Origin: Candidatus Poseidoniaceae archaeon
GTDB lineage: Archaea; Thermoplasmatota; Poseidoniia; Poseidoniales; Poseidoniaceae
Length of the DNA: 32,000 bases
NCBI GenBank assembly: GCA_943789275.1
Contig: CALSTM010000001.1
Location: 450,001-482,000 of the forward strand
Direction: 5' to 3'
In this document: piece after piece, positions 24,178-32,000 of the stretch
Layout: every line of letters begins with the position of its first letter
Numbering within the stretch: the stretch's first letter is position 1
Translations under genes and position numbers: made by a program
Notes under the pieces: model-generated
Told to the model about the DNA's origin: nothing
Databases searched by the model: none
What the model saw: the letters and a program-made list of their open reading frames with translations, nothing else

Positions 24178-25779
24178 TCAAAATCCACTGGGGGCCATCC
24201 ATGTGCCGAAAACATCCTTCATGGCTTGTATGATTTCACCCAGTGTGCAATCGTTTTTTACTGCAGTGAGCACATATGGAAATAAATTCTCACCGGATTG
24301 AGCAGCATCACGGACATCTCGTAGGCAGTTGGAAACTGCTTCTGCGTTCCTACTTTGGCGAAGTTCAGCCAATTTTCGACATTGCTCATCGCCCACGGAA
24401 GGGTCGAGCTTCAAAACTTCCGTTTCAGTTTCTTCATCCATGAGACCGTGATTAACACCTACGATAAGGCGTTTTTCAGATTCAACGTCGTTGAGATGTT
24501 GGTATGCTGCATTGTGAATCTCTCTCTGCTGCCATCCCTGCTCGATAGCCTTGAGTGCACCTCCCAAAGCCTCGATTTTTTCAATTTGCTCAAGCGCAAG
24601 ATCATGAATACGCTTGGTTAATGCTTCAACATGATATGAACCGCCAAGGGGATCAACTACATCTGCGGCTCCGCTTTCTTCAGCAATTATTTGCTGTGTA
24701 CGAAGGGCCACAGTGGCCGACTTTTCGGTTGGCAATCCAAGTGCTTCATCGTATGAATTTGTATGAAGGCTTTGTGTCCCACCGCATACTGCTGCTAACG
24801 CTTGTATGGTGACTCTTGCAATGTTGTTGAGCGGTTGTTGTGCTGTGAGGCTGACTCCCGCCACTTGGGTGTGGAATCTCAACATTGCTGATTTCGGATT
24901 CTTTGGCGAATAGCGTTGTGACATTAATTCATACCACAACTGACGTGCAGCACGAAACTTGGCGGCTTCTTCAAAGAAGTCGTTGTGGCAATTGAAAAAG
25001 AACGAAAGACGGGGGGCAAAACTATCGACGTCGAGATTCTTTTCAAGAGCAGCCTCTACGTATGCAAGTGCGTTTGCAAGTGTAAAAGCCACCTCTTGGA
25101 CAGCAGTAGAACCAGCTTCGCGTATGTGATAGCCAGAAATGGAAATGGTGTTCCAACGCGGTACATTCACTGAACAGTATTCGAAAATATCTGTGATGAG
25201 GCGCATGCTTTGAGCAGGGGGGAACACATAGGTTCCACGGGCAATATATTCCTTGAGGATGTCATTTTGAATCGTCCCGAGAACTTGGTTTGGGGCGACG
25301 CCTTGTTCCTCGCCAACAGCGATATACATCGCCAAGAGTACCATGGCTGGTGCATTTATGGTCATGGAAGTACTGACTTTGTCAAGAGGAATGCCATCCA
25401 TCAATTCACGCATGTCAGCGAGTGACGATATGGAGACGCCGACTTTACCGACTTCGCCCAATGACATTTCATCGTCTGCGTCAAGACCGAGTTGTGTTGG
25501 TAGGTCAAAGGCTACCGACAACCCCTTTTGGCCTCGCTCTAGAAGAAGTTTGAATCTCTCATTTGTGGCTTTGGCACTGGAGAATCCGGCATACTGCCGC
25601 ATTGTCCAAAGGCGGGAGCGGTACATTGTGGGGTGTATGCCGCGAGTGTAAGGCGGCGAACCCGCATCACCGAGTTCAGCCGCATTGACGGTTAACTTGG
25701 AAAGCGTTTCAGAAGTGCTCTGTAAATCTAAATCCAGACCGCTGAGTGTCTTCCAGTCTTCTCTGCGCTGACCGACCAT
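24178..25779 (-). CDS. mcmA: Methylmalonyl-CoA mutase, large (catalytic) subunit
   Basis: Contains [34 protein letters not shown] and [20 protein letters not shown] lies 4 nt upstream of the ATG at 25779; the track start at 25821 is TTG. No B12-binding subunit is present in the window. Confidence 0.9.
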   Translation of the reverse strand: MVGQRREDWKTLSGLDLDLQSTSETLSKLTVNAAELGDAGSPPYTRGIHPTMYRSRLWTMRQYAGFSSAKATNERFKLLLERGQKGLSVAFDLPTQLGLDADDEMSLGEVGKVGVSISSLADMRELMDGIPLDKVSTSMTINAPAMVLLAMYIAVGEEQGVAPNQVLGTIQNDILKEYIARGTYVFPPAQSMRLITDIFEYCSVNVPRWNTISISGYHIREAGSTAVQEVAFTLANALAYVEAALEKNLDVDSFAPRLSFFFNCHNDFFEEAAKFRAARQLWYELMSQRYSPKNPKSAMLRFHTQVAGVSLTAQQPLNNIARVTIQALAAVCGGTQSLHTNSYDEALGLPTEKSATVALRTQQIIAEESGAADVVDPLGGSYHVEALTKRIHDLALEQIEKIEALGGALKAIEQGWQQREIHNAAYQHLNDVESEKRLIVGVNHGLMDEETETEVLKLDPSVGDEQCRKLAELRQSRNAEAVSNCLRDVRDAAQSGENLFPYVLTAVKNDCTLGEIIQAMKDVFGTWMAPSGF

Positions 25780-25817
25780 GTACCCTCCATGAAGAGGGGC
25801 TTCATCAACACTCCCAC

Positions 25818-26321
25818 TCAATGGTGGTGGCCATCTGGCCCGTGTGCATGCCCATGACTGATTTCATCATCGGATGCTTCACGGAGTTCTACGATTTCCA
25901 CCGAAAATGTAAGTGCTTGGCCTGCCAAAGTATGGTTGAAATCAGCGGTCACAGCTTCTTCTGTGAGTGCTGTGATCGTGAACGGAGAAGGGCCATGCGG
26001 CATTTGGGCTACAAGTTGCATTCCAACTTCGAGAGATGCCTCTTCCTCAAGTTGAGCAAATTGGGCTCTAGGAATTTCAAGAACTGCAGTATCGTCGCGT
26101 TCCCCGTATGCGCGTTCTGCGGAAAGCGTGAATTCACGCGTTTCTCCAACCTTAGCACCCATGATTTCTTCTTCAAAGCCAGGAATCATTTGCTTGTGTC
26201 CAACCAGAAATGTCAAGGGTTCTCGACCTTCACTGCTGTCAAAAACATCACCGTTTTCAGGCAGTGTTCCTTTGTAATGTACGCTCGCTATTATGTCTCC
26301 TGTTACTGTTAAATCTGCCAT
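25818..26321 (-). CDS. slyD: SlyD-type FKBP peptidyl-prolyl isomerase with an IF insert and a short His-rich tail
   Basis: Contains [17 protein letters not shown]...[21 protein letters not shown] and the C-terminal [12 protein letters not shown]. Confidence 0.85.
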   Translation of the reverse strand: MADLTVTGDIIASVHYKGTLPENGDVFDSSEGREPLTFLVGHKQMIPGFEEEIMGAKVGETREFTLSAERAYGERDDTAVLEIPRAQFAQLEEEASLEVGMQLVAQMPHGPSPFTITALTEEAVTADFNHTLAGQALTFSVEIVELREASDDEISHGHAHGPDGHHH

Positions 26322-26325
26322 AGTA

Positions 26326-27219
26326 TCACCTTCTTGTTGTCATTCGAGAAACTAAATCTCTTAGTTTATCTGCGACTTCGCGTGGAAGAATTTCTTCTTC
26401 GACTTTCAATTCAATGAATTCTAAAGAATCGGCAATACCGATTCGCTCCCCTTTGGCCCATATTTGCCCGAGAACATTGGAACGATGTTCCTCCGAAACA
26501 AGATCCGAGTCGAGGACGTCTTTTGCAGCGTATTTGTATTCGAGGTATTTTTGGCGGTTGAGTTTCTTTTCCTGCTTTTGTCGCCCGCCGCCCTTCTTGT
26601 CACCGCGCCTACGCTTACGGCGTCGGTCTGTTGAAGGCTTAGCAACAGCAGTTTGAACTTTTTTGAAAACATCGTTGCGGGAACTGGTTGAAGTCATAGA
26701 CGGAGCACTCGTTGCAGTATCTACGGCGGAAGGAACGGGTTCTGCAGAAACAAACTCGACGGTTGAAGGAGCATCTGCCAACTGGAGTTCAGGTTTGACG
26801 CCTTGAGAATCGACTCGTTGAGCTTTCGCATTTTCTCGCGAAGCTTGTGATTTTCTTCTTAATTCAGCAAGTCGATCTTCTTTCGAAACTTTCACAGGTG
26901 CTGCGGCCTGCTTTTCTACAGAATTTGTGAATGTTGGTGTTGGTGACTCTTTCGATGAAACTGGCGAAGATTTCTTCTTTTGGTTTTCTTGAGTGCCAAG
27001 TCTTTTCAGAGCTTGTTCACGTCGCTTTGCCAAATCATCATGCGCATTTTGCTTCTGTTGTTGCGGCTGGGGAGTAGGTCTTGCTGCTGGAGCATTGCGG
27101 CGTTGGGTCTGAGAACGTTCACTCATTCTCTTGTTTCTTTGGGCGCTTGCATCACGCGCAAAAGGATTGAATGGCTCATCTTTTTTCCTACGTTCGCCGC
27201 TAATGAGTGATTCCCCCAA
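26326..27219 (-). CDS. Hypothetical highly basic, low-complexity protein with a roughly 80-aa helical C-terminal domain
   Basis: The long N-terminal region is rich in K, R, Q and S (RRRKRRRGDKKGGGRQKQEKK), followed by YLEYKYAAKDVL...REVADKLRDLVSRM. The start is uncertain: TTG at 27219 or ATG at 27126. Confidence 0.6.
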   Translation of the reverse strand: MGESLISGERRKKDEPFNPFARDASAQRNKRMSERSQTQRRNAPAARPTPQPQQQKQNAHDDLAKRREQALKRLGTQENQKKKSSPVSSKESPTPTFTNSVEKQAAAPVKVSKEDRLAELRRKSQASRENAKAQRVDSQGVKPELQLADAPSTVEFVSAEPVPSAVDTATSAPSMTSTSSRNDVFKKVQTAVAKPSTDRRRKRRRGDKKGGGRQKQEKKLNRQKYLEYKYAAKDVLDSDLVSEEHRSNVLGQIWAKGERIGIADSLEFIELKVEEEILPREVADKLRDLVSRMTTRR

Positions 27220-27268
27220 TACAATGTCGTTGATGACTCCTTAAAAACAATTAGCGTTGAAGCAATCA

Positions 27269-28282
27269 CTACACTGCCCAAGTCACCTGTGTTTGGTCTG
27301 TCCGTAAGTACTGATCAACAGCACTCTGTTCGAATGGAGTGACACGTCCATTTTTCAATTCAATGTACCCAAGCAGTCCAATCATTGTACCGTTGTCGAT
27401 GCAATACATTCGCGGTGGGGCATGGGATGTGGATTCTCTCTCTTCGGTCATTTGCTCACACATCTCACGTAGTCGTGAATTACACGCCACCCCGCCTCCG
27501 AGAAGAAGTTCAGTTTTACCCGTATGGGACAGGGCACGTTCAGCAACTTCGACACAGGCAGCAAAAGCATGCTCTTGAAGAGACCAGCATACGGCACCGA
27601 GTTCTGCACCGTTGTCCAATAAGCGTTGGGCTGCAGTCATAACACCCGAAAATGCAAGGTCCATGCCACGAACAGCGAACGGCAATTCGAGTTCCGTTAA
27701 TCGAGGAGATGGGTTTTGCGCCAACCATTCCTTCGCAAGTTTTTCAATAACGGGTCCGCCGGGGAAAGGAATGCCTTGGGCGCGTGCAAATTTGTCGAGC
27801 ATGTTGCCAATACCAATATCGAGGGTTTCTCCAAGAACCCTGTAGCGGCCATCAAGGTGGGCGATGACTTGTGTGTTGCCGCCTGAAACATACAACAAAA
27901 CGGGGTCGTTACAACCACATTGTTGGCGTCCAATTTCGATGTGTGCGACACAGTGGTTGACGCCGATAAGGGGTGCATTCAGTCGACTGGAGATGCCTCG
28001 GGCAATGGCTGCTCCAACGCGTAGACATGGACCGAGACCCGGTCCTTGAGAATATGCAACTGCAGATATTTGTGATGGAGACAATGAATACTTGGTGAGG
28101 AGGTTTTGGAAAAGGGATTGAGCAATTTCTTTGTGGTGATCTGCTGCCTCACGCGGATGAATTCCACCTTTGTCTGGGCGAACTGTGTCGGAGACGGCGG
28201 GGTGTGGAATACCTTCTGGATCGACTAATCCAAAAGACAGCGTGTGTGCTGTAGATTCAATACCGAGGGTCCAACCTTGCAT
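27269..28282 (-). CDS. kae1: tRNA N6-adenosine threonylcarbamoyltransferase Kae1, not fused to Bud32
   Basis: Contains LGIESTAHTLSFGLV, IGVNHCVAHIEIG, VSGGNTQV and GGVACNSRLREM. I used the ATG at 28282; the track start at 28318 is TTG. Confidence 0.9.
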   Translation of the reverse strand: MQGWTLGIESTAHTLSFGLVDPEGIPHPAVSDTVRPDKGGIHPREAADHHKEIAQSLFQNLLTKYSLSPSQISAVAYSQGPGLGPCLRVGAAIARGISSRLNAPLIGVNHCVAHIEIGRQQCGCNDPVLLYVSGGNTQVIAHLDGRYRVLGETLDIGIGNMLDKFARAQGIPFPGGPVIEKLAKEWLAQNPSPRLTELELPFAVRGMDLAFSGVMTAAQRLLDNGAELGAVCWSLQEHAFAACVEVAERALSHTGKTELLLGGGVACNSRLREMCEQMTEERESTSHAPPRMYCIDNGTMIGLLGYIELKNGRVTPFEQSAVDQYLRTDQTQVTWAV

Positions 28283-28340
28283 CTCAATCGGTTTAGCCAG
28301 AGAGCCATTGTTCTTCAACCCTCAGCATCCACCATGTAAT

Positions 28341-29615
28341 ATGCGAACCGTTTTTCTCGATGTCGGCCCATTGGCACATCTGTCTGGCGACGGGGCGGTT
28401 GCAGGTGATCTGTCTGCCGATGTGAGTGATTATGTCAGCCCCGCTGGAAGCGGTATTGTGGTCATCGATGGGGTGATTGAACGTATAGCGGCCAGTGAAG
28501 AACTGTTGGATGAATACGGAATGCCAACAACTGAAAAGGACCTTGGAAAGGAATACAAAGTCGTCTCGCTGAATAACAATGCAGTCATTCCAGGGTTTGT
28601 TGACGGCCATACGCATTTACTTTGGGCCGGAGACCGGTCGAGGGAACTTTCTTGGAGGCATGAAGGCAAAACCTATCGCCAAATCTCTGAGCTCGGCGGT
28701 GGAATTCAAGATACCGTGCGGTCAACGAGTGAAGCTACAGATGAGCATCTCATCGAACGAGGCTATGAGCGGATGCGGAATTCACTTCGTTCAGGTACGA
28801 CTCACATGGAAACCAAAAGTGGATATGGCTTGACTACTGAATCCGAACTTCGTTTGCTTCGAATCGCAGCAGAACTGCAGAGTATGAAGCATCTACCGAC
28901 GCTCGACCTCACATGGCTTGGAGCACACGATGTGCCTTCGGGTATGACTTCGGAGCAATACGTCGAGCAGATCATGTCGGAACAATTACCCAGTGTACTT
29001 GACCAGGGTCTTGCCCGTTCAGCCGACGTCTTTTGTGAACCGGGTTGGTTCAATGTCGAACAATCGGAAGATATCATGAAGGCATCCCGTCAAGGAGGCC
29101 TCGACCTACGAATGCACATTGATGAATTCAAAGACGGTGGTGGAGGGGGGCTCGCAGCTGACTTATGCGTCGATACTGCCGATCACGCTCATTACACAAA
29201 CAGTGAATCAAGACTTCGAATGAAAGAATCAGGAGTTATGACAGGATTCCTCCCTGGCACACCATATGCAATGGGTTCCAAATGGCCGAGTTTCAAACAG
29301 GCGCTTGACGATGAAATCCCCTGGAGCATTGCTACCGACTACAACCCGAACTGCAAAATCAACAGCATGACGTTTCTTGGCTCGCTCCTCGTACAACGAT
29401 GTGGAATCCATCCAATGAACGCACTCATGGCTGCAACGCGTAACCCCGCCGAAACAACCCCCCATCCATCGGGGATGAAGCACGGGCGCATTGAAGTTGG
29501 AGCAGTTGCGAATTTCAATGTACTTAACAGCGAATACTGGGAGGCTTGGTGCCTTCAACCCTCGGAGCCACCAATTCTTTCGACATGCCTGAATGGAACT
29601 CACATCCATCATTGA
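28341..29615 (+). CDS. hutI: Imidazolonepropionase-like amidohydrolase
   Basis: Contains PGFVDGHTHLLWAGDRSRE, METKSGYGL, WLGAHDVP, DVFCEPGWF and IATDYNPN. I used the ATG at 28341; the track extension to 28170 overlaps kae1 on the opposite strand. Confidence 0.85.
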   Translation: MRTVFLDVGPLAHLSGDGAVAGDLSADVSDYVSPAGSGIVVIDGVIERIAASEELLDEYGMPTTEKDLGKEYKVVSLNNNAVIPGFVDGHTHLLWAGDRSRELSWRHEGKTYRQISELGGGIQDTVRSTSEATDEHLIERGYERMRNSLRSGTTHMETKSGYGLTTESELRLLRIAAELQSMKHLPTLDLTWLGAHDVPSGMTSEQYVEQIMSEQLPSVLDQGLARSADVFCEPGWFNVEQSEDIMKASRQGGLDLRMHIDEFKDGGGGGLAADLCVDTADHAHYTNSESRLRMKESGVMTGFLPGTPYAMGSKWPSFKQALDDEIPWSIATDYNPNCKINSMTFLGSLLVQRCGIHPMNALMAATRNPAETTPHPSGMKHGRIEVGAVANFNVLNSEYWEAWCLQPSEPPILSTCLNGTHIHH

Positions 29616-29674
29616 ATTATATTTATAACTATTCAAAAAGTAAATGAATTATAAATTAAGAAAGAGGGAAAAGA

Positions 29675-30010
29675 ATGGAAATCATTAATGTGTTGGTTGA
29701 AACAGTCGTATGTTCTGGTGCTGAAGGAAAAGGAGCGAGATTCAAAAGAATGCTCGAAGCACGGCAAGAATTCAAACGTCGACAAGATGGTTGCGTCGCA
29801 GCTTGGATCGGACAGTCCATCGATGGACAAAGCCTCTTCATTGTCCAATCCGTATTTACAGATAAAAAATCATGGAAGCGGATATCGGAGAAGATTACTG
29901 AATCTCTCGATTCCAAAGATGGCGGTCTCGAAGCAGTTTTCGGGGGCCCGCCACTGGTTGGGATGTTCGAAGTCCCACTCGATTCACTCCAACTTCCGAA
30001 TGAAGCATAA
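29675..30010 (+). CDS. ABM (antibiotic biosynthesis monooxygenase)/Dabb-like small protein
   Basis: 111 aa. The pattern I.V......pG.....F........Q.GC......Q..DG..L.IV..F.D...W is typical of the ferredoxin-like ABM fold. GAGGGA lies 6 nt upstream of the ATG. Confidence 0.5.
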   Translation: MEIINVLVETVVCSGAEGKGARFKRMLEARQEFKRRQDGCVAAWIGQSIDGQSLFIVQSVFTDKKSWKRISEKITESLDSKDGGLEAVFGGPPLVGMFEVPLDSLQLPNEA

Positions 30011-30285
30011 ATTGCACATATTTCAGTAGGGCTTTGTGTCGCATAATGTATGTTATACGACAATGGCCCTAATGTGGCAATGGACGGCCCGTATCAATCC
30101 ACTACAGATGTAGAGCAGTGCACCGTTTAGAAAAGGATTCGCCGATAAGGTGTCAACAAATTTGCATTTTTTGCCTCCAAGTAGGGGGGTTGGGTGGTAA
30201 AAACCCAGGAAAGTGAAGACGTACAATTTGGCTTCCTTTGATAGAAGATTCTAAGACAAAGAGCCATGTCCAAAGAGTGATTGAC

Positions 30286-30438
30286 ATGGCGGTAGTAGAG
30301 GGATTTTGTCTGAAGTGCAAAACCTATGGGCCCATCAAAGATGGACAGCTCATTAAAATGAAGAACGGCAGAACGCGTATGGCGGGCACCTGTTCTCAAA
30401 ACGGCTGCACCGGTAAAATTTCCAAGATCGTGAGTTAA
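30286..30438 (+). CDS. Small zinc-ribbon protein (DUF5679-like)
   Basis: MAVVEGFCLKCKTYGPIKDGQLIKMKNGRTRMAGTCSQNGCTGKISKIV has a CxxC ... CxxxxC arrangement. GAGTGAT lies 4 nt upstream of the ATG at 30286. Confidence 0.55.
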   Translation: MAVVEGFCLKCKTYGPIKDGQLIKMKNGRTRMAGTCSQNGCTGKISKIVS

Positions 30439-30462
30439 TGCCTAAAACTTCCACCGATGTGA

Positions 30463-30469
30463 TTTAATA
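30463..30469 (+). promoter_or_regulatory. TATA box of the tRNA-Val gene
   Basis: The sequence tttaata is centred about 30 nt upstream of the tRNA 5' end. Confidence 0.45.
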
Positions 30470-30495
30470 CACCGGTTCAGTGGGCAGGATACCTA

Positions 30496-30571
30496 GGGCT
30501 CGTGGTCTAGGGGTTATGACGTCGCCTTGACATGGCGAAGATCGAGAGTTCAATTCTCTCCGAGCCCACCA
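30496..30571 (+). tRNA. tRNA-Val (anticodon GAC) with genomically encoded CCA
   Basis: I folded it by hand. The acceptor stem GGGCTCG/CGAGCCC, the anticodon stem TCGCC/GGCGA and the T stem GAGAG/CTCTC are all perfectly paired. The anticodon loop is TT-GAC-AT and the T loop is TTCAATT. The discriminator is A, followed by CCA. Confidence 0.9.
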
Positions 30572-30625
30572 TTCGAATCGTAACCCATTTATGATTTCCG
30601 ACTATTGAGCCACCATAAAGTAATT

Positions 30626-30641
30626 AAAAAAATTATTTTTT
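30626..30641. terminator. Candidate bidirectional oligo-T terminator (A7-TTA-T6)
   Basis: The sequence aaaaaaattatttttt lies between the convergent tRNA-Val and zinc-ribbon genes. Oligo-T tracts act as archaeal terminators, and this sequence presents a T run on each strand. Confidence 0.4.
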
Positions 30642-30661
30642 GATGTGAGAATGAGTATATT

Positions 30662-31024
30662 TCATTCCGAAAGGATTTCTGGCTCTGGTAATTCCAGATC
30701 ATCGGGGTCAATCAGCGAAAGGGGTTTCTCGTCATCTTCGACCGTGAAATCAGTCGAACCACCTTTCCATGAAGCGATGTCCACTATCTCCTGGAATTGT
30801 TCGTCAGGTATTGCCAATTGGTCGGATAATGAATACATCATGGGGTCGACTGCTTCACGTTCAGGAAGAGCACTTGGTAACGGTGCTTCTCTTTCTTCAA
30901 GATGAATACCGGAATGGAAAGTGCCGCATTCCGCACATCGAACTGAACCTTTTGGTTCAATACAGCCACAAACTGGACACGCTGATTTGCCTTTGAAGGC
31001 ACTCAGTTTGTCTTCAACAGTCAT
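30662..31024 (-). CDS. Zinc-ribbon protein with an acidic C-terminal region (hypothetical)
   Basis: MTVEDKLSAFKGKSACPVCGCIEPKGSVRCAECGTF has a CxxC...CxxC arrangement. GGAGTGA lies 5 nt upstream of the ATG at 31024, and that ATG is 4 nt after the stop of the upstream gene. The track start at 31066 would overlap that upstream gene. Confidence 0.6.
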   Translation of the reverse strand: MTVEDKLSAFKGKSACPVCGCIEPKGSVRCAECGTFHSGIHLEEREAPLPSALPEREAVDPMMYSLSDQLAIPDEQFQEIVDIASWKGGSTDFTVEDDEKPLSLIDPDDLELPEPEILSE

Positions 31025-31028
31025 CCTT

Positions 31029-32000
31029 TCACTCCAAGAAAATATCTTTTTGGTAGCCAGTGACAAGGTCGCCAGAACCGTCTTCTTCGATGGTTACTGT
31101 TTCTTCCTCATCGTCAAATTCAATGATTGTGCCGAATACATCCTCATCCTCAAAGGCGAGGCCAATGTGGGAGCCAATATCGATTTCATCATCGTCATCC
31201 GCGTCCTCTTCTTCATCATCTTCCGACTCATCGTCTTCTTCGTCATCAAACACTTCTTCCTCGTCATCCAACTCTTCTCCATCGTCTGCCTCTTCCTCGA
31301 CATCGGCTTCTGATTCTGCATCTACTTCATCGTTCGAGTTCTCGGTACGTGCTTCATCTGTATCATCTGAAACTTCCTTCATCGCTTTGGATCGAGCCCT
31401 CCAACCAGGGACAACTACGAAATGCATAGCAAGCGAGCCGAGCAGCCCAACAGTTCCGAGGACCATCATGAGGATTCCATCCCAATAAAATCCAGCAGGC
31501 ATGGAAGATGAATCTCCCGAAAGTGGAGTAAGTGAGTTTCGACATTCACCGACTTGTACATCTGGTTCGCAAGGATAAATATCTCCTTCCTCCCAAGATT
31601 CATATCCGATTTTGTAGCTGGTTTCCAATGCGATTGGGCCACCTTCTCCACTCACGCTGAGAGGTCCAATGCCCCCCATTCCGTTAATCAACCACGCGGC
31701 TATGAACAGTCCAAAGGTCATATGTATGAGAGGCCAAACAACATCATTCCACTTTTTACCCATCATTTTTCTTTGAAGGTCAGTAGGGAATGGCTTGTCC
31801 ACTTTCTTCGATAGCCGTGCCTCGTCATCGATTGCATCATCGGTATCATCAAGTGATTCGAGAATTTCGACAAATTCAATAATGTCAATGGTCCCGTCGT
31901 TATCTTCGTCTGCGTCAGACAAGAACGATTCTATGTCTTTATGAGTCACTTCTGAACCGATTAAATCGGAAATGGATTCTTTGAACTCAGCGGCAGAAAT
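31029..32000 (-). CDS. EF-hand / two-TM / polyacidic-tail membrane protein, with the 5' end beyond the window
   Basis: The canonical EF-hand loop DEDNDGTIDIIEF is present. The frame stays open upstream of the track's GTG at 31949 to the window edge, reading ISAAEFKESISDLIGSEV, which looks like the end of a preceding EF-hand. The TM helices are VVWPLIHMTFGLFIAAWLINGM and ILMMVLGTVGLLGSLAMHFVVV. A 63-aa D/E tract follows. Confidence 0.75.
   Translation of the reverse strand: MSAAEFKESISDLIGSEVTHKDIESFLSDADEDNDGTIDIIEFVEILESLDDTDDAIDDEARLSKKVDKPFPTDLQRKMMGKKWNDVVWPLIHMTFGLFIAAWLINGMGGIGPLSVSGEGGPIALETSYKIGYESWEEGDIYPCEPDVQVGECRNSLTPLSGDSSSMPAGFYWDGILMMVLGTVGLLGSLAMHFVVVPGWRARSKAMKEVSDDTDEARTENSNDEVDAESEADVEEEADDGEELDDEEEVFDDEEDDESEDDEEEDADDDDEIDIGSHIGLAFEDEDVFGTIIEFDDEEETVTIEEDGSGDLVTGYQKDIFLE
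31185..31373 (-). repeat. Polyacidic (D/E) low-complexity coding tract
   Basis: Runs of GAn codons on the minus strand appear as ctt/atc/gtc/ttc repeats on the plus strand. These produce the spurious Ser-rich plus-strand ORF at 31060..31488. Confidence 0.8.

Noticed and set aside
24178-25779. Absence of the B12-binding subunit next to mcmA as a sign of a degenerate pathway
   Set aside because: Archaeal methylmalonyl-CoA mutases are commonly split, with the small subunit encoded elsewhere. The large subunit is intact and the epimerase is adjacent.
28170-28340. An N-terminal extension of hutI (track start at 28170)
   Set aside because: It would overlap the kae1 coding sequence on the opposite strand by more than 100 nt. 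The extension shows no HutI similarity. The ATG at 28341 yields a typical HutI N-terminus.
30556-30616. A possible integration scar: GAGCCACCAT at about 30607-30616 resembles the tRNA-Val 3' end GAGCCCACCAT
   Set aside because: It is only a 10-11 nt imperfect match. No integrase, transposase or compositional shift is present downstream within the window. This is too short to separate from chance.
31060-31488. A 142-aa Ser-rich plus-strand ORF, and the ORFs at 31127..31429 and 31094..31321
   Set aside because: They are mirror images of the D/E-coding GAn repeats of the minus-strand EF-hand protein. Poly-Ser arises automatically from the antisense reading of GA-rich codons.

Overview
The window is archaeal. 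It encodes ribosomal proteins S19e, L39e, L31e and S17e, a PDCD5-like DNA-binding protein and Kae1. AT-rich TATA-like boxes sit about 25-30 nt upstream of first genes, and internal genes carry Shine-Dalgarno-like GGAGTGA(T)/GGTGA motifs. Coding is very compact, and convergent genes abut or overlap at four places. The acidic proteome and a giant membrane-anchored surface protein suggest a streamlined marine planktonic euryarchaeon, but that is inference only. I support 41 protein genes and one tRNA-Val(GAC). Left to right they are: pntB/pntAB/pntAA transhydrogenase; malate dehydrogenase; a YgfZ-like plus IscA-like Fe-S pair; a large TPR protein; an FMN reductase / FGE-like / ArsC-family trio; a surface-protein cluster (280-aa membrane protein, about 1180-aa multi-domain surface protein, 59-aa two-TM microprotein, PqqD-like protein); the r-protein cluster followed by a SpoU/TrmJ-like methyltransferase; a complete preQ0 operon (folE-queE-queC-queD); a class-III aminotransferase; an ABC-2 exporter; methylmalonyl-CoA mutase and epimerase with a SlyD-type FKBP; kae1; hutI; small proteins; tRNA-Val; and an EF-hand membrane protein paired with a zinc-ribbon protein. 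Four genes are missing or truncated in the supplied ORF track: pntB (runs off the window), rpl39e (51 aa), the 59-aa two-TM ORF, and a 53-aa ribbon-helix-helix ORF directly upstream of folE. Many track starts are TTG/GTG extensions, and I re-set them using Shine-Dalgarno and TATA context. I found no CRISPR array, rRNA, transposase, integrase or recognisable defence system. The leads I rate highest are: (1) queC fused in frame to a complete msrB, with all four canonical QueC zinc cysteines replaced; (2) the unannotated RHH gene and a perfect 8-2-8 palindrome at the preQ0 operon promoter; (3) the EF-hand / two-TM / polyacidic-tail protein with its zinc-ribbon partner; (4) the surface-protein cluster with the microprotein and PqqD-like protein. 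All family assignments come from reading motifs by eye; no database search was run.
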